Shown in pieces: positions 1 to 12,289 of a DNA stretch of 64,000 bases. Position 1 is the first letter of the stretch; each line of letters begins with the position of its first letter. The stretch covers positions 32,922,001-32,986,000 of the forward strand of contig NC_059427.1 in NCBI RefSeq assembly GCF_021028975.2, written 5' to 3'. The DNA is from Sphaerodactylus townsendi. Lineage: Eukaryota. Below the pieces are notes generated by a model. The model did not search any database, had not been told where the DNA came from, and saw only the letters and a list, made by a program, of their open reading frames with translations. A program made the position numbers and the translations under genes.

Positions 1-514
1 TAGAAATTATAGCCCAGGTTTCTACACCCCTAATCAGACACTCTAAATATTACCCCACACAAGTTCTCAGGAGGTAGTTCTAGAAAACTTAAGTATGCAT
101 AAAGTCCCTTAGTTACTTATTCACTTAAGCTTAAGGTCTAAAGTTACTGTATGTATGCCAAAGGCAGCTAGGCTGGCAAAGGGCTACTAGAGCACAACAA
201 TTTACCTGAGGATATCAAAATCTATGGATCCTTGTCTATATATCTAGTGGCACCAAACTGCAGATAAAAACATACAAAATAGGGCCATGGGAAGTTTTTT
301 GCAAACCAAGTTTGCAGGAAAAAAAATCTTACATATGAAAAAGTAAGTGTGTGTATTGGGGGGTGGGGTGAATGAATTCTACAGTCTTGTAAGAGTTCTT
401 CATGAGATCCATTTTGTATTGCTTAGATAATTAAAAAATGGCTGCCACAGTTTCATTTTAAAACTGGTGGTGAGTTGCAGGGGGAGAGAAGGAAGAAAGA
501 TGAGAAAGATAGAA

Positions 515-805
515 AAAGAAGAGTTTGGATTTATATCCCCATTTTCTCTCCTGCAGGAGACTCAAAGGGGCTTACAATCTCCTTGCCCTTCCCCCTCACA
601 ACAAACACCCTGTGAGGTGGGTGGGACTGAGAGAGCTCCGAAAAACTGTGACTAGCCCAAGGTCACCCAGCTGGCGTGTGTGGGAGTACACAGGCTAATC
701 TGAATTCTCCGATAAGCCTCCACAGCTCAGGGGGCAGAGCGGGGAATCAAACCCGGTTCCTCCAGATTAGAGTGCACCTGCTCTTAACCACTATGCCACT
801 ACTGC
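515..805 (-). mobile_element. tRNA-derived SINE (Squam3-like)
   Basis: Minus strand begins GCAGTAGTGGCATAGTGGTTAAGAG (A box), has GGTTTGATTCC (B box) and ends ATAAATCCAAACTCTTCTT. Near-identical copy at 34439-34738. Confidence 0.85.
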
Positions 806-987
806 GTAGATGAAATTTATTTATTTTATTTTATTTTATTGGACTTTTATACCGCCCATCCCCGAAATGAAGCTACAGTAGGAGGGAGGAAAGAAAATTG
901 AGTAAAATGGGGGTGGGGGATGGACTGAAGATTTTAATGGAAGCAGGGAAAGGAGAGCACTTTTGTTGATTAACAAAGGAAGGCCTT

Positions 988-1497
988 AGGGTTCCCAACC
1001 TCTAGATGGTGTTTGGAGATTTCCAGATGACGAAGTTCAGTTCATCTGGAGAAAATGCCAGTTTGGAAGGGGGAATCTATGGCATTATACCCCATTGTGC
1101 CTTCCCTCCCCAATCTCTACCTTCCTTATGCTCCATCCCCAAAAGCTCTTGGCATTTCCCAACCTGAAGCTGGTGATCCTTGAAGGACTGGAGGTAGAGT
1201 AACAAGATTTAGGTTGGGAAACAACAGGAGCTTTTGGAGATGGAGCCTTAGGAAGGTGGGGCTTGGTGAGGAGAGGACCTGAGTGGGATATAATGCCATA
1301 GAGACCACCATCCAAAGAGGTCATTTTCTTCAGGTGATCTGATCTCCATCACCTGAAGATCATAGAATCATAAAGTTGAAAGAGACCACAAGGGCCATCC
1401 AGTCCAACCCCCTGCCACGCAGGAACACACAATCAAAGCTGAAATCAGCTGTAATCCAAGGAGATCTCCAGCAATTACCTGGAGGTTGGCAACCCTA
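988..1497. mobile_element. Old non-autonomous DNA-element fragments with AGGGTTGCCA-like ends (hAT-Blackjack-like)
   Basis: agggttcccaac at 988 and ttggcaaccct at ~1487-1496. The same degenerate family recurs near 2537-2745, 5040-5255, 11471-11580, 40330-40500 and 59960-60125. Confidence 0.5.
1360..1440 (-). mobile_element. CR1 LINE extreme 3' fragment
   Basis: tcatagaatcata is the reverse complement of the CR1 (ATTCTATG)-type tail. Inserted into the older DNA element. Confidence 0.7.
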
Positions 1498-3126
1498 AAT
1501 GGAGGTAAGGTGCCATATGGAAGGACCTGAGAAGAGTAAGTGGGAGAAGAATGGAAACAGAGAAAGGGAAGAAGCTGCATGAGCTGATGATAGAAAGTGG
1601 TAATAGCAGCAAGCAGATGAGACTCACCCCCTCCTCTGCAAGCCCCTGTAAATACCCAGCTAATTCAACTCTAAAGTTGACTGAGTAATCTTGGCCAAGT
1701 CTTTGACTCACAAGGATAAAATGGGATCACCCCTGGTTGGTTTCACTGACCATTATCAGAGAGGGTAGAATTAGAATATAACCAAGTCCAATTAACATGA
1801 ATTGAATTCAAGAGTGCCTAATTGGATACAACATTAAAGACCAGTTGTGCAGAGTTAATTAAAGCCTCTGTATCCATACTGTGCAGTGATTCCCTTTATG
1901 CAGATCAGAGAATAGAAATTAAGAGGCAATGATTTCCTCAGAGCTGAGCTAGCATTTCATTTCAGGTCTCCAGAACTGAAGTCTCATCTCTATTCTGGAA
2001 ACATATTTGCAATCTAAGGGTCACTCATAGAGATGCTGTGAATTTTGTTGGAGAGAGGTGTAGCAGCTGGGCATACAATCCTCTCTCATCTCTTTTTCTT
2101 GTAGGCATACTATCCCCAGCTGCTATGGCAGCCCATGGTCTCCATTTTGCTGCAGTCAACCTCAAGCAGCTACAGACAGGCAGGTGGATGTGGACCAGGT
2201 GAACTTGCCAGTGGCAGGCAAGAATAGTACAGTTCTTAGGTCCCTGCTGTTGCCAGCCATGGCAAGTCCCCATCATCTCACCCACCTGTTACTGCCACCA
2301 CTGCTAGGCTTGGAAGGTCCCCTCTGCCTCCCTCACCTGCTATCCTGGTTTACCTCTCAGAATGCTTCCTACCTCTCCCACCATGGCAGAAGGTCTGTGA
2401 GGAAGGAGAGATACCAGAAGACTGCCAAGGGGCTCCTTCTTGTTCAGAGGTCCCTTCATGAGTAGCCACACAGTTGGCTTCCTGCTTGCAGCTGAAGAGC
2501 ATGCTTTGAGCCAAACTCATGGGGGACTTGAATATAGGGTCACCAACCCCCAGGGAGCACCTGGAGATCTCTCACTATTACAACTGATCTCCAGATGACC
2601 AAAATCAGTGATCCTGGAGAAGGTGGCTGCTTTGGAGGGTATGGAATTACACCTTGCGATGGTTCCTCCCTATGTTATGCCCTGTTCTTCCCAGGCTCCA
2701 CCCTCAAAATCTCTGGATATTTCCCAACCATGACCTGGCAACTCTACTTTCCTGTTTCCCTTTCATTTCACCAACTGAAGATGGGAGTGTGCAGAGAGGC
2801 TTCCATCCCTAACCTAGGAAAGAACGCATTGTTTATGGACAAAGAACCACAGGCCTCAGATGCACCTGTATATGCACATTCTATACAAAGCAGCTGGCAT
2901 CATGGAAGATGTAATTCCCATTGTGCAGAATATATCATGTATAGGTGTGGTGGGATCTTTAAAGACATTGTTGAGGCTATCAAGGTACACTTACCATACA
3001 AGCCATACTTATGTATAGTAATATATTCATACCTCTGTACATATGTCCCATAAAATGTAAGGTAAAATACATAAGAATGACCCAGTCCTATAGCTGCTTT
3101 ATCATAGTGTTTCGTTGTTACGCTAC

Positions 3127-3378
3127 TAAGAACATAAGAACTAGCCTGCTGGATCAGACCGGAGTCCATCTAGTCCAACACTCTGCTACTCGCAGTGGCC
3201 CACTAGGTGCCTTTGGGAGCTCACGTGCAGGATGTGAAAGCAATGGCCTTCTGCTGCTCCCAAGAACCTGGTCTGCAAAGGCATTTGCAATCTCAGATCA
3301 AGGAGGATCAAGATTGGTAGCCAATAGCCATAGATTGACTTCTCCTCCATAAATCTGTCCAAGCCCTCTTTAAAGCTA
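3127..3378 (-). mobile_element. CR1 LINE 3' end, (TTCTTATG)n-tailed subfamily
   Basis: taagaacataagaac tail; body matches the 3' end of the RT-bearing copy at 29392-30955. Confidence 0.85.
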
Positions 3379-5449
3379 GAATGGCTTATGTGTCTCAGTT
3401 TTTACCTGTTAAAGCATGATGCTTTCTCAGAGGCACCCGATGCACAGGGAGGGACAAAGCAAACCTGGAGTCCTTTGTGGCTGCTTCACCTGAATATCAA
3501 ATAGTTTTTTGTATTATTTTACCCATAGAAATGGTACAGAAAAAGAAGAAAAACCCCAAACATAAAAAAAATAAAAGAAAGAGAGGGGGAGAGAGAGAGA
3601 GACTAGAGAAAAAATATATGCGAAAAAAGAGGGGAGAAAGCAACTTCTAGGAGCTTGATATCTTGCGCACACTGCTTGTCCTAGGTGTTTCCAGAACTAT
3701 TGAGTCTAATAACAAAACCCAACTAGCCTCCCTATCGAATTTAAGCTCGTCAGATCCCCAGATCGTGGGGAGGGAAGAGCTGAGTTACAGTCGCTCTGCA
3801 AGCCAGTGAGATCGCCTTTTTCAGTGATGTGTGACAGGGAGCTGCTAATAGCTGAGACCTGATGAAGCGCCGTTTCTCCAGCAGTCTTCATTTGGATATT
3901 TGTGAGGTTTAACAAATGCCTGTTTGTAAAGCTCATTGTGATCCTCGGATAAAAACTGCCATCCACGATTCCCCTGCCCCCATTACTCAGTAGCCATGGA
4001 ACAGATTGAGAGGAGCTGTGATTAGGTGTACACAGGTGGTTTTGCCTTCTGCGTATTCTTTATTTCAAGCTGAAACCAAGCAGCTGCTAATGTTATTTTT
4101 GTCCACATGCAATTTTTTTGAGCATAAGCAAATAAACAAAAGGAAGTAAGAAGGTGTTTGGACAGGCTCCTCATTAATTATCTGCATTTCTACTTGCCTC
4201 CTTGACCCCTTGACCACCATCTCTCTATACGTAACTGCACCAAGCCATATGCAAGAGGCTCTGCAGGCCAAAACAGTCAGACATTTGGAGTTTTCCTGCT
4301 AGAGGTGTCCATAGAAAGTAGGACGCTGACATGGCTTTGGTGATGCTGAGGTGCAGACACAAGAACAGAACCTATTTAAGAAGGGTGGAAAGATCTGCTC
4401 TGAGCTCCACACATGTTTAGACACACACACACGACAAAGAATCCACAATTCCTTCATGAAATAAAAGGAAAAAAGCCATTCTATGAATCCATAATCACTC
4501 AAATTAACCATTTGCTTAACCTGGAATCCTGGCAAGTCCTTTTGCTGCGGAACCACACTTGCTGTGATGTCTAAATCAAGTCAGCAGTTAAAATGAATGA
4601 TGAGAAGTTCCCAGAGAGACCCTGAGCTGTTCAAGCCTAGATTACAGGCCTTAATCCAGTAAAATGGGTCAAAGGGGCTGCCCCTTCTCACCTCCCCACT
4701 AACATGGACTGAGGGACGTTTGTATCCTTGTTCTCTCCCTGTTACCTTCTTCATTGGGGTTAGTGTTGAGTGTAATGAAAAAAGGGTACAGTCTTGTTTC
4801 CTCTCCAAATAACAGCCTATATGAGCAGCCTGTGTTCATTCAATTCAAAATGGAGATAAATGTACAACAACAAAAAAAGATATCATGGCAGCCTTAGCAG
4901 AGTTAAAGAAGACAACTCATGGTGTGTAACTTCTAACCAAGCAGAAGGCAGCCACTGGTCTGTCTCCTGATATTTGCCTGCCACCCCCACTTCCTGCCAC
5001 ACTTCCGCATGCCTTTGTTATCCCTTTTCAGGTCCTCCCATCTAAAGCTACCAGCTCTGAGTTGAGAAATACTTGGAGAGTTTGAAGGTACAGCCTGAGG
5101 AGGGAGGAGTTTTAGAAGGGGATAGATCTCAGTGGGGCACCATGCCCCCATGCCACTCTATAATCCAAAGTAGCCATTTTTCCCCCAGGGCAACCTGGAG
5201 ACCAGTTATAATACCAGGAAATATTTAGTCACCACCTGGATACCAGCAACCCTACCCTACTTTTTACATTTCCATTTTCTATATGTTCATTTCCTTTCAT
5301 TTTCTACTTTCATTCCTGTCACATTTCATATTCCTTCTTTTCCATTTCTTTGTCCTTCTTCAGCAGGCATATAACACTTTTCGTTTCCTCCCCACTTTCT
5401 CCTGCTCCTTTTCATCCTCACTGGCTCCTTACCTTGCAGTGGTAACTAT

Positions 5450-5972
5450 GGCCGTTTCTGCATGGCCATGCTGCGGGGGTGCGTCGGCGTAAATGACGCC
5501 AACGCACCCCCCCCCGGGCCGTTCGCACGGACGTCCTGGTAGGGGCGGGGAAGATGGCGCAGCCTGTGCAGAGGCTGCGCCGTTCCCCGAATGCCTTACC
5601 GTCCCTCCGACCTTGCGGCACGTCATCCAGGCCAGGGGACACGCCCCCCTGCCCTGCGCGACAGCTCTAGAGTCGCAGGGCGGGGGGGGCGTGTCCCCTG
5701 GCCTGGGCAACGCACCGTAAGGTCGGAGGGAGGGTAAGGCGTTCGGGAAGGGGGGGTAAATGGAGCCTTCCAGCTGCTGCTGTTCGCACGGCAGCAGTTG
5801 GAAGCTGCTGTTTCTGAAAAACCTTGCTCAAAGACCGAGGTTTGGAAACAGCGGCTTCGCACTGCTCGGGGGTTGCGAGGCCACCACTGCTGCAATGCCG
5901 TGCGAACCCCTCCCCAGGGACGCTGTTTTTAGCCTCCCTGGGACGCTGTATTCCTCCCGTGTGGAAACAGCC
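5450..5972. mobile_element. PIF/Harbinger-type MITE, 523 bp, CpG-rich
   Basis: TIRs GGCCGTTTCTGCATGG and rc GGCTGTTTCCACACGG; 3-bp TSD TAT (5447-5449, 5973-5975); internal hairpin ~5580-5755. Confidence 0.85.
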
Positions 5973-6115
5973 TATGTTTTTTGTCTGAGACATAGTAATG
6001 GGAAGATGTTGGAGGGATGGAATCCTCATGATCAGCTCCCTGCCAACATAATGATGTTACTTCTGATGCAAACCCGGAATTGATGTCACCACGTGGGAGT
6101 GTCTGTCAGAGCACT

Positions 6116-6400
6116 GTTGTAACTGGTGTCTGATCATCAAAATCTAACTGACAGATATCACATGACACAGCCTCATTCTGGGTTTAATTGGTAAAGAACT
6201 GTGATTGGCCAGTAAGCCAGATATAAGGCTGCAGTGTACTGAGGTCTGTGAGACACTTGTTTTCGCATTGCCTGGCGGAGCACTTTGTCTGTGTGAGCTA
6301 TACTTGTGAACAAATAAAAGTAGGACCGCTAATGTAAAGCTGAGCTGCTGTGTGCATCTGACTTCCTGCTGCGTTCCAGTGTATTGTGCTACTCTGCTAC
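6116..6400 (+). mobile_element. Probable solo LTR
   Basis: TG...CA ends with GATTGG, GATATAAG and AATAAA in order; shares GGCGGAGCACTTTG with 25921-26155. No clean TSD. Confidence 0.5.
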
Positions 6401-8377
6401 AGGGGCTTTACCCCATACCTTCACAGTGTCATGTTAGGATTCAACCAAAACTGTATGGTTTTGACACCAATTCCCCCTCCCATTTTGCTCCAGGTGTTCT
6501 ACTAAGAAGGAGCAGTGGGGCAGAAGCAATAAGGCCCAGGCTGTCCAAGCAAAGGTGTCCTCTCAGAAACATAGTTCCCAGAATCCCTGACATCTCAGGT
6601 CAAAATAGACAATAAGGCATTCCTGAGGCTCTTGGAAATGGTGTGGTAGGGGAGACCACCGCCACCCCACACACCATGTCCCTGAGCAGGATTGGATCCA
6701 CATAGTTTTTGTAAAATGAAATCGGTCATCAGTGAAATGATGATGTCCCCAATGACGGTGGTGTCCCCAATGCATCTCTGGGAATGCTGTGTCACCTGGT
6801 TTGGCCCTAAGAAGAAGAAGAATGGGTAGAAACAAAGGAAAATTCTGAATCATTCCCAACTGAGAATGTTGGTAGGGCTGAAAGTTGTCTTTGCTCGTAA
6901 AGAAATGTGCCGAAGATGCTTTGCAGTTAAAGAGTAATACAACTTTATTTTAGGGATGTTATTCTACTAGATAGATAAAGAGATTTCTATTACATGGCTG
7001 TTAAGAAGTAAGAAAGAGAAGTAGGAATTAAGCCTGAGAGTTGTACTCTGGGAGAAACAAAGAAGTAAGTGGGAGGTAGCAGGAGTCTGGGAGTGTGGTT
7101 TGTGGGACTCTGAGTAGGGAGGGACATGGGAGGTGCTGTCAGAGCAACAGTATTACATCATTTCTGGGGAACACCTGGAAATGACACGCTTCTGCAGGAA
7201 TCATTAGAAACCTGGTAGTTTTATCATAGAGTTTGTAGAGATCCTTAGAAAGACACGATGTCACTTCCATGTTTTCCTCAGAAATGATATAATACCATCA
7301 CGTTGGTGGTGATTTTTTAAATTATTTTTCTCCCACCAACCACCAGAGTGGGGATGGGCAAAGAAAGTTGTGAGTGGGAGATTTTCTGTCCCCAGTGGGT
7401 TCTTGGCAGTCCCACAAGATAGCACTTGTATACCAGATTAAGAAGAGTAGCACTCAAACTGATATCTGAATAGCTTTCCAAATTGTAGCCCTTGCAGGAG
7501 TTTCTTTCATATGCTTGTCACTGTATACTGTATTCCAGCACAGAAACGGTATAAGAAGAAATTCAGCTATTTACTGTTCCCAGTTCTAAATACCATAGAA
7601 TATGGGCTCTGAAAGCACAAGCCAGTTCCTGTGAAACTTTTAAACAATGGCACAAGACATTTGCCAAAGATGAAATATTACCAACATACTTATCCCTCAG
7701 AATGTTAACGTAACTGTTCCATAAGATCCAGCACCCACACCTTGTATCCACAGGAGGCAGAAAGAATTATTATATCACTTTATTCAAAGGATAGATCTGT
7801 GTTGGAGGACAATATGGACTGCATGAAAGGGGGCTGCTCGGGAGGAATTCATGAAATGAATATAAATATGTATCTGTGTGGGGGAAGCTAACCTTTTCAT
7901 TATAACAAATCAGGGTGCATTTGTTTCTCTTTCTTCTTTATTATTAAAATAGTTTCATGACTAATGGCTTGCCATCTGTGCAGTTGTGGTCCTCCTCCAC
8001 GTCAGGTGAGGGGGGGGCACATCTTAAAATATGACTCAGAGAACCACTGAATATGATGGTTGGGAAGATAATTTCGCTGTCAAAATGGTACAGGGTTCAT
8101 GATACACAAGCCAGGTGAAGACCAGGCTGCGGGCTCAGGTTGCCTTTGGGTGTACTATCATGATGTTTAAAATTGTATTATATATATATTATTTTAACTG
8201 ACTTTGGTTTGATTTGCTACCAGCCAAGAGCCTGATAATAGTCAGGAAAGGACAAGATATAAATCCAAGAAATAAATACATATTTCAGTTGTGCACTCAA
8301 GCTGATGAGTTCTTGAATATCTGGGATAGATCATCTCTATTAGTGTAACAGCGTTAAGCACAGTGTCTAAGTAAGAA

Positions 8378-8835
8378 TGAAGAGGAGGAGGAGGAGGAGT
8401 TCGGATTTATAGCCCCTTTCTTTCCGATAAGGAGACTCAAAGGAGCTTACAAACTCCTTTTCCTTCCTCCCCCCCACAACAGACATCTTGTGGGTTGGTG
8501 GAGCCAAGAGAGTTTCAAAGAACTGTGACTAGCCCAGGGGTAGGGAACCTGCGGCTCTCCAGATGTTCAGGAACTACAATTCCCATCAGCCTCTGTCAGC
8601 ATGGCCAATTGGTCATGCTGGTAGGGGCTGATGGGAATTGTAGTTCCTGAACATCTGGAGAGCCGCAGGTTCCCTACCCCTGGACTAGCCCAAGGTCATC
8701 TAGTAAAAGTGTAGGAGTAGGGAAACAATCCTGGTTCACCATATAAGAGTCCGCTGCTCATGTGAAGGAGAGGAGAATCAAACCCAGTTCTCCAGCTCAG
8801 AGTCCACCTGCTTTTAACCATTACACCATGCAGAC
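8378..8835 (-). mobile_element. Squam3-like SINE interrupted by a hAT MITE
   Basis: Homologous to 515-805; split at gactagcc. Confidence 0.8.
8535..8682. mobile_element. Palindromic hAT MITE, 148 bp
   Basis: CAGGGGTAGGGAACC...GGTTCCCTACCCCTG; perfect 8-bp TSD GACTAGCC (8527-8534, 8683-8690); almost fully self-complementary. Confidence 0.93.
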
Positions 8836-8842
8836 TCTCAGC

Positions 8843-9121
8843 GTTCAGGTAACAGGTCTGTCTCATTGAGGGTTTCCCCCCTTAATGTATAGGCCTGCAG
8901 GCAAGTCATGAAGTCTTCTACCACTGTTTGTTCTCTTGCATCCAGGATACAGAGAAACTCAGTATGGAAAAATCTAATAAGGGTTCAGTTAACAGGTCTA
9001 TCTCATTGAGGGTTTCCCCCCCTTAATATATAAGCCTGCAAGCAAGTCATGAATTCTTCTCCCATTGTTTGTTCTTTAGTATCCAGGATACAGAGAAACT
9101 CAGTATGGAAATTCTAATTAG
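8843..9121. repeat. Tandem duplication, ~140-bp unit x2
   Basis: Unit starting gttcaggtaacaggtct at 8843 is repeated at 8983 with scattered mismatches. Confidence 0.9.
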
Positions 9122-9603
9122 CTAGCATGGCTAATAACCGTTAATGAACCTATATGCCCAGAGCTGCCTAATCCCATTAAAAAGCCATCTATGCTAGTAT
9201 CCTCTATTGGAGCAATGGAGCAATGTTAAGGTAAACTGAGTAGTTCTTCATTGTAACAGCAAGTTGGGATGGTCACCATGTCTTTGCCCACTTGTAGGAT
9301 ACGCATCAATCCTCTCTCTGCTTTTTGAGCTGTTGTAAGCAGTCGATCATCAGGACTTGGAACCAAGCTTCAAATCCCAACTTGCTAAGCAACTCATTGG
9401 GCCATTCATGGTCAGGGGTGCTTATCTATAAAGGCAACTGTCATCGACTGCACAGAATGAGTGTGATTTTAAAAAGCGCAGGTCTGTCATAGCCCGTGGG
9501 TTTACATTCAGAGTGAGGCATAGAGGCCTAGGAAAAGGGGAAGCCACCTGACTGATTGCACAATCCTGCACTCTGATTGGTTTAAATAGCTTGATGACAC
9601 AGA

Positions 9604-10765
9604 GGCCCTTTTCGCACACAAGGTTTGCTCTGGAATTACTGCAACGCACATCGACATCCCGACCTTTTTGTTACCAGTTCGTCGCTCGACATCATTCACA
9701 CTTCGGCCTGTTGTTCTGGAACCGCATCTGAATCCAGAAACCCTGATAGTTTGCATTGCTGCGGAATGCGATGCAAACAAGAGTTCTGATTGGCTGCTTG
9801 GTCGTTCCTGGGCGTGTCGTTCGTGACGTTTGGCCCCGTCATCATGTTGTCACATGATGGCGCTGTTCCTCGACACAGTGTTGGCAGAAGCACCCACTAC
9901 ACATTCCATTGCTCTGAGTTGGTGTGGCGGGTTAACGCTTCTGTCTCCCCCCAATGTCTGCTCCAGCTCTTCAAAGTAAGGCATGGTCCGAAGACCATTA
10001 CCGGAAGTCTTGTGCTGATTAACTCTTTTGAAGTCACGTTTTACTTTCATCCTACACTCAAGGGCAGTTCTCTGTGCCCCCTGAAGCGCATCTCCGCCGC
10101 CACCTTCTCAAAACATCTAAGTTTCTGTAGCTGGACTTTAGGGAGCGCTGTACTTCCTCCTCCCCCGTACTGCAATCAGATCCCTCATCTCGTTGTTCCA
10201 CCATGACACACCCCTACCAAGAGCTTTGTCTGAGTTGGCGGCTGAGCTGTTTGGCCCATCCATTTGATCTCCCCGTGCGTGGATGTAATGCAGCCAATGA
10301 GCTACTGATTAAGCATTATCTCACAGTCTCATGGTACTATTGCGCAGAGATCTCGTTTTCTCAAGATCTTGCTGCAGCGAGACAATGCAATGCCTGACCA
10401 AGCGTGAGGAGAGGCGGGAGGCGAGTGAGATGGAAACGGAACAGTAAAATCTGCATGCGCAACTGGCAAATTCCTTGTTCCTCCCGATTGGCTGGGAGAA
10501 ATCGCATCACTGCGGGGGCATGATTCTTAAAACCTGCTCGATAGCGTGACGTTTCTCACATGGGGCAGAAATGCAGAGGGAAACTGTTTTATCGGAAAAA
10601 GTTGCAGAGGCACCGAGAGACAGGAAAAATGTGAGGCAACGCCTCAAATGGGCAACAGAGTAGGGGTCGAACCACATTCCAGAGCTAGTATGTGTGAATA
10701 ACAAGCAGAAACCATGACGACCACAAATATTTAATCCAGAACAAACTGTGTGTGCGAAAAGGGCC
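9604..10765 (-). mobile_element. PIF/Harbinger deletion derivative carrying a Myb/SANT ORF
   Basis: Perfect 17-bp TIR GGCCCTTTTCGCACACA with imperfect extension; 3-bp TSD AGA (9601-9603, 10766-10768). Confidence 0.92.
9850..10263 (-). pseudogene. Harbinger-type Myb/SANT-like (trihelix) DNA-binding ORF, frameshifted
   Basis: Read across three 1-nt frameshifts: MDGPNSSAANSDKALGRGVSWWNNEMRDLIAV/GEEEVQRSLKSSYRNLDV/EKVAAEMRFRGH/RTALECRMKVKRDFKRVNQHKTSGNGLRTMPYFEELEQTLGGD, a typical Myb/SANT-like trihelix pattern. Confidence 0.85.
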
Positions 10766-11096
10766 AGAGAGGGAGAAGGATAATTCCCTGACTAGAACAA
10801 TTCGAGAGGCTTTTGGATCTGAAGCCTTGAAGAACTGTAGTGAGAGAAAGCAATAGTAGGCTTGATGGTTCAATAGTATATAAGTCAACAATACAAGTTA
10901 AGCTGATACACTGATAATTACTGGCCAAGTCACCATTTTTTATGCAACGATCACAACTCTCTCTGTTCAAGTCAAAACTGAAGTTAACTTTCAAATTTAG
11001 AAGAAGCTTTATTTCACATAGATGAATGATGAATCATACCATGGTGTTAATTAAAAACAACAGAGATAACTACTGTACCCTACAATGAAGTAATGT

Positions 11097-11320
11097 TTAC
11101 TGTAGAAACAGATTGCTGTCCATAGAGAATGCATTCCCTGTTCCGTTTAGAGAAAGCAATACAGCAGGATGATAAGGGGTTGTACATTTTTTAATTAAAA
11201 GGTGCTTAGAAGATATTGAGAGCACATTTAAGGACGACATGATAGAAGTTTGCAAATGCATCTCATTCTGATGATGAAGGATTGTTGACCCATCCTCATG
11301 CATTACTTGTAGGAACAATA
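11097..11320 (-). CDS. Candidate exon (putative last coding exon of an unrecognised small ORF)
   Basis: Strong acceptor CTGTTTTTCTTTTTCCAG|; only the phase-1 frame stays open (73 codons to TAA); AATAAA at 11008-11013; alternative donor ATG|GTATGA at 11040. Confidence 0.3.
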
Positions 11321-11587
11321 CTGGAAAAAGAAAAACAGTTTAGCAATGGCAGAGTGGGCACGCAAAGAGGGGACCACAAAGAAAAATGTAAAGTTGAGTC
11401 CATTGTCTATCTAGACTGGTACTATCCAATCCACAGGCAGTGATGCACCAGGGTCCCTCTCACAGTACCCAAGGTTGCCAAGTCTGACTGGGGAAATTCC
11501 TAGAGATTTTGGTGCTAGTGCCATGGAGTGTATAGTCTGGGGAGGATGGAGCTCCATAAGGATATCATGTCAAGTTATGCCCTATAG

Positions 11588-12157
11588 TGTTACCTCTATT
11601 CAAGGAAGCCGTCACGAACAAGACAAGGTCAAACAGCAATTGCACGACCGTTTCTTGGTCAGGAAGATATTTTATTCAGGCCTGATAACAGCAACAGATA
11701 GCTATCTGGGTACCTGAGGGTTCAGGACCCAGATCAAAGGCATGCATAAACTTTTATAGAGAATACAAGTGGGTGCAGTTAGCTCAGTTAACCTACCAAT
11801 CTCCATGTCACCAGTACTACCTTATATGGTAAACAGTTCCATACAAAAGCTAATTTAGCAAGGTTAATACTTATTCTGCATAGCAACTTATGATGTCCAA
11901 GAGGTGGGGGCTACCCAGAATGTTACAGAGCAAAGAACTTTTCTTAGTACTGCAAAGAACAGGAGAGGTAGACATCTTCTTGGAAACTGTCATAGGATGG
12001 GGCTAACACAAGCTAGCACCTGTCAGCTAACAAACAGGATATTTGACTCTGTAAGTTAAATGAAGTGGATAATCTTTTTGCTCTGTAAGTTAAATCAAGT
12101 GGATAATCTTTTTGCTCTGACCCCCTTTTGAATGCCTGTGTCCAGATCATGCTAACA
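11588..12157 (-). mobile_element. Solo LTR (ERV1/Gypsy-type), 570 bp
   Basis: TGTTACC...GCTAACA ends; 4-bp TSD ATAG (11584-11587, 12158-12161); minus-strand TATAAAAG (~11751) then AATAAA (~11670); internal 34-bp tandem repeat ~12047-12119. Confidence 0.85.
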
Positions 12158-12289
12158 ATAGGAAATTAGGGGTATTTGCGTAGAATGTGTGCACTTCCTA
12201 GAAGTGCTGCTTTCTGCAGCATGCTGACTGATGTTCTGCCCAAGTTTAGGCTTTTCAGATGCTTTTCAAGGTTTCTTGGGATTCCTCAC

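Noticed and set aside
740-805. tRNA-like A/B boxes
   Set aside because: These are the SINE head, fused to a repeated body and tail; not a tRNA gene.
5418-6083. Overlapping GC-rich ORFs and a CpG-island-like signal
   Set aside because: The GC-rich core is a TIR/TSD-bounded MITE, and the ORFs result from GC content. The same applies at 37890-38461 and 46307-46796.
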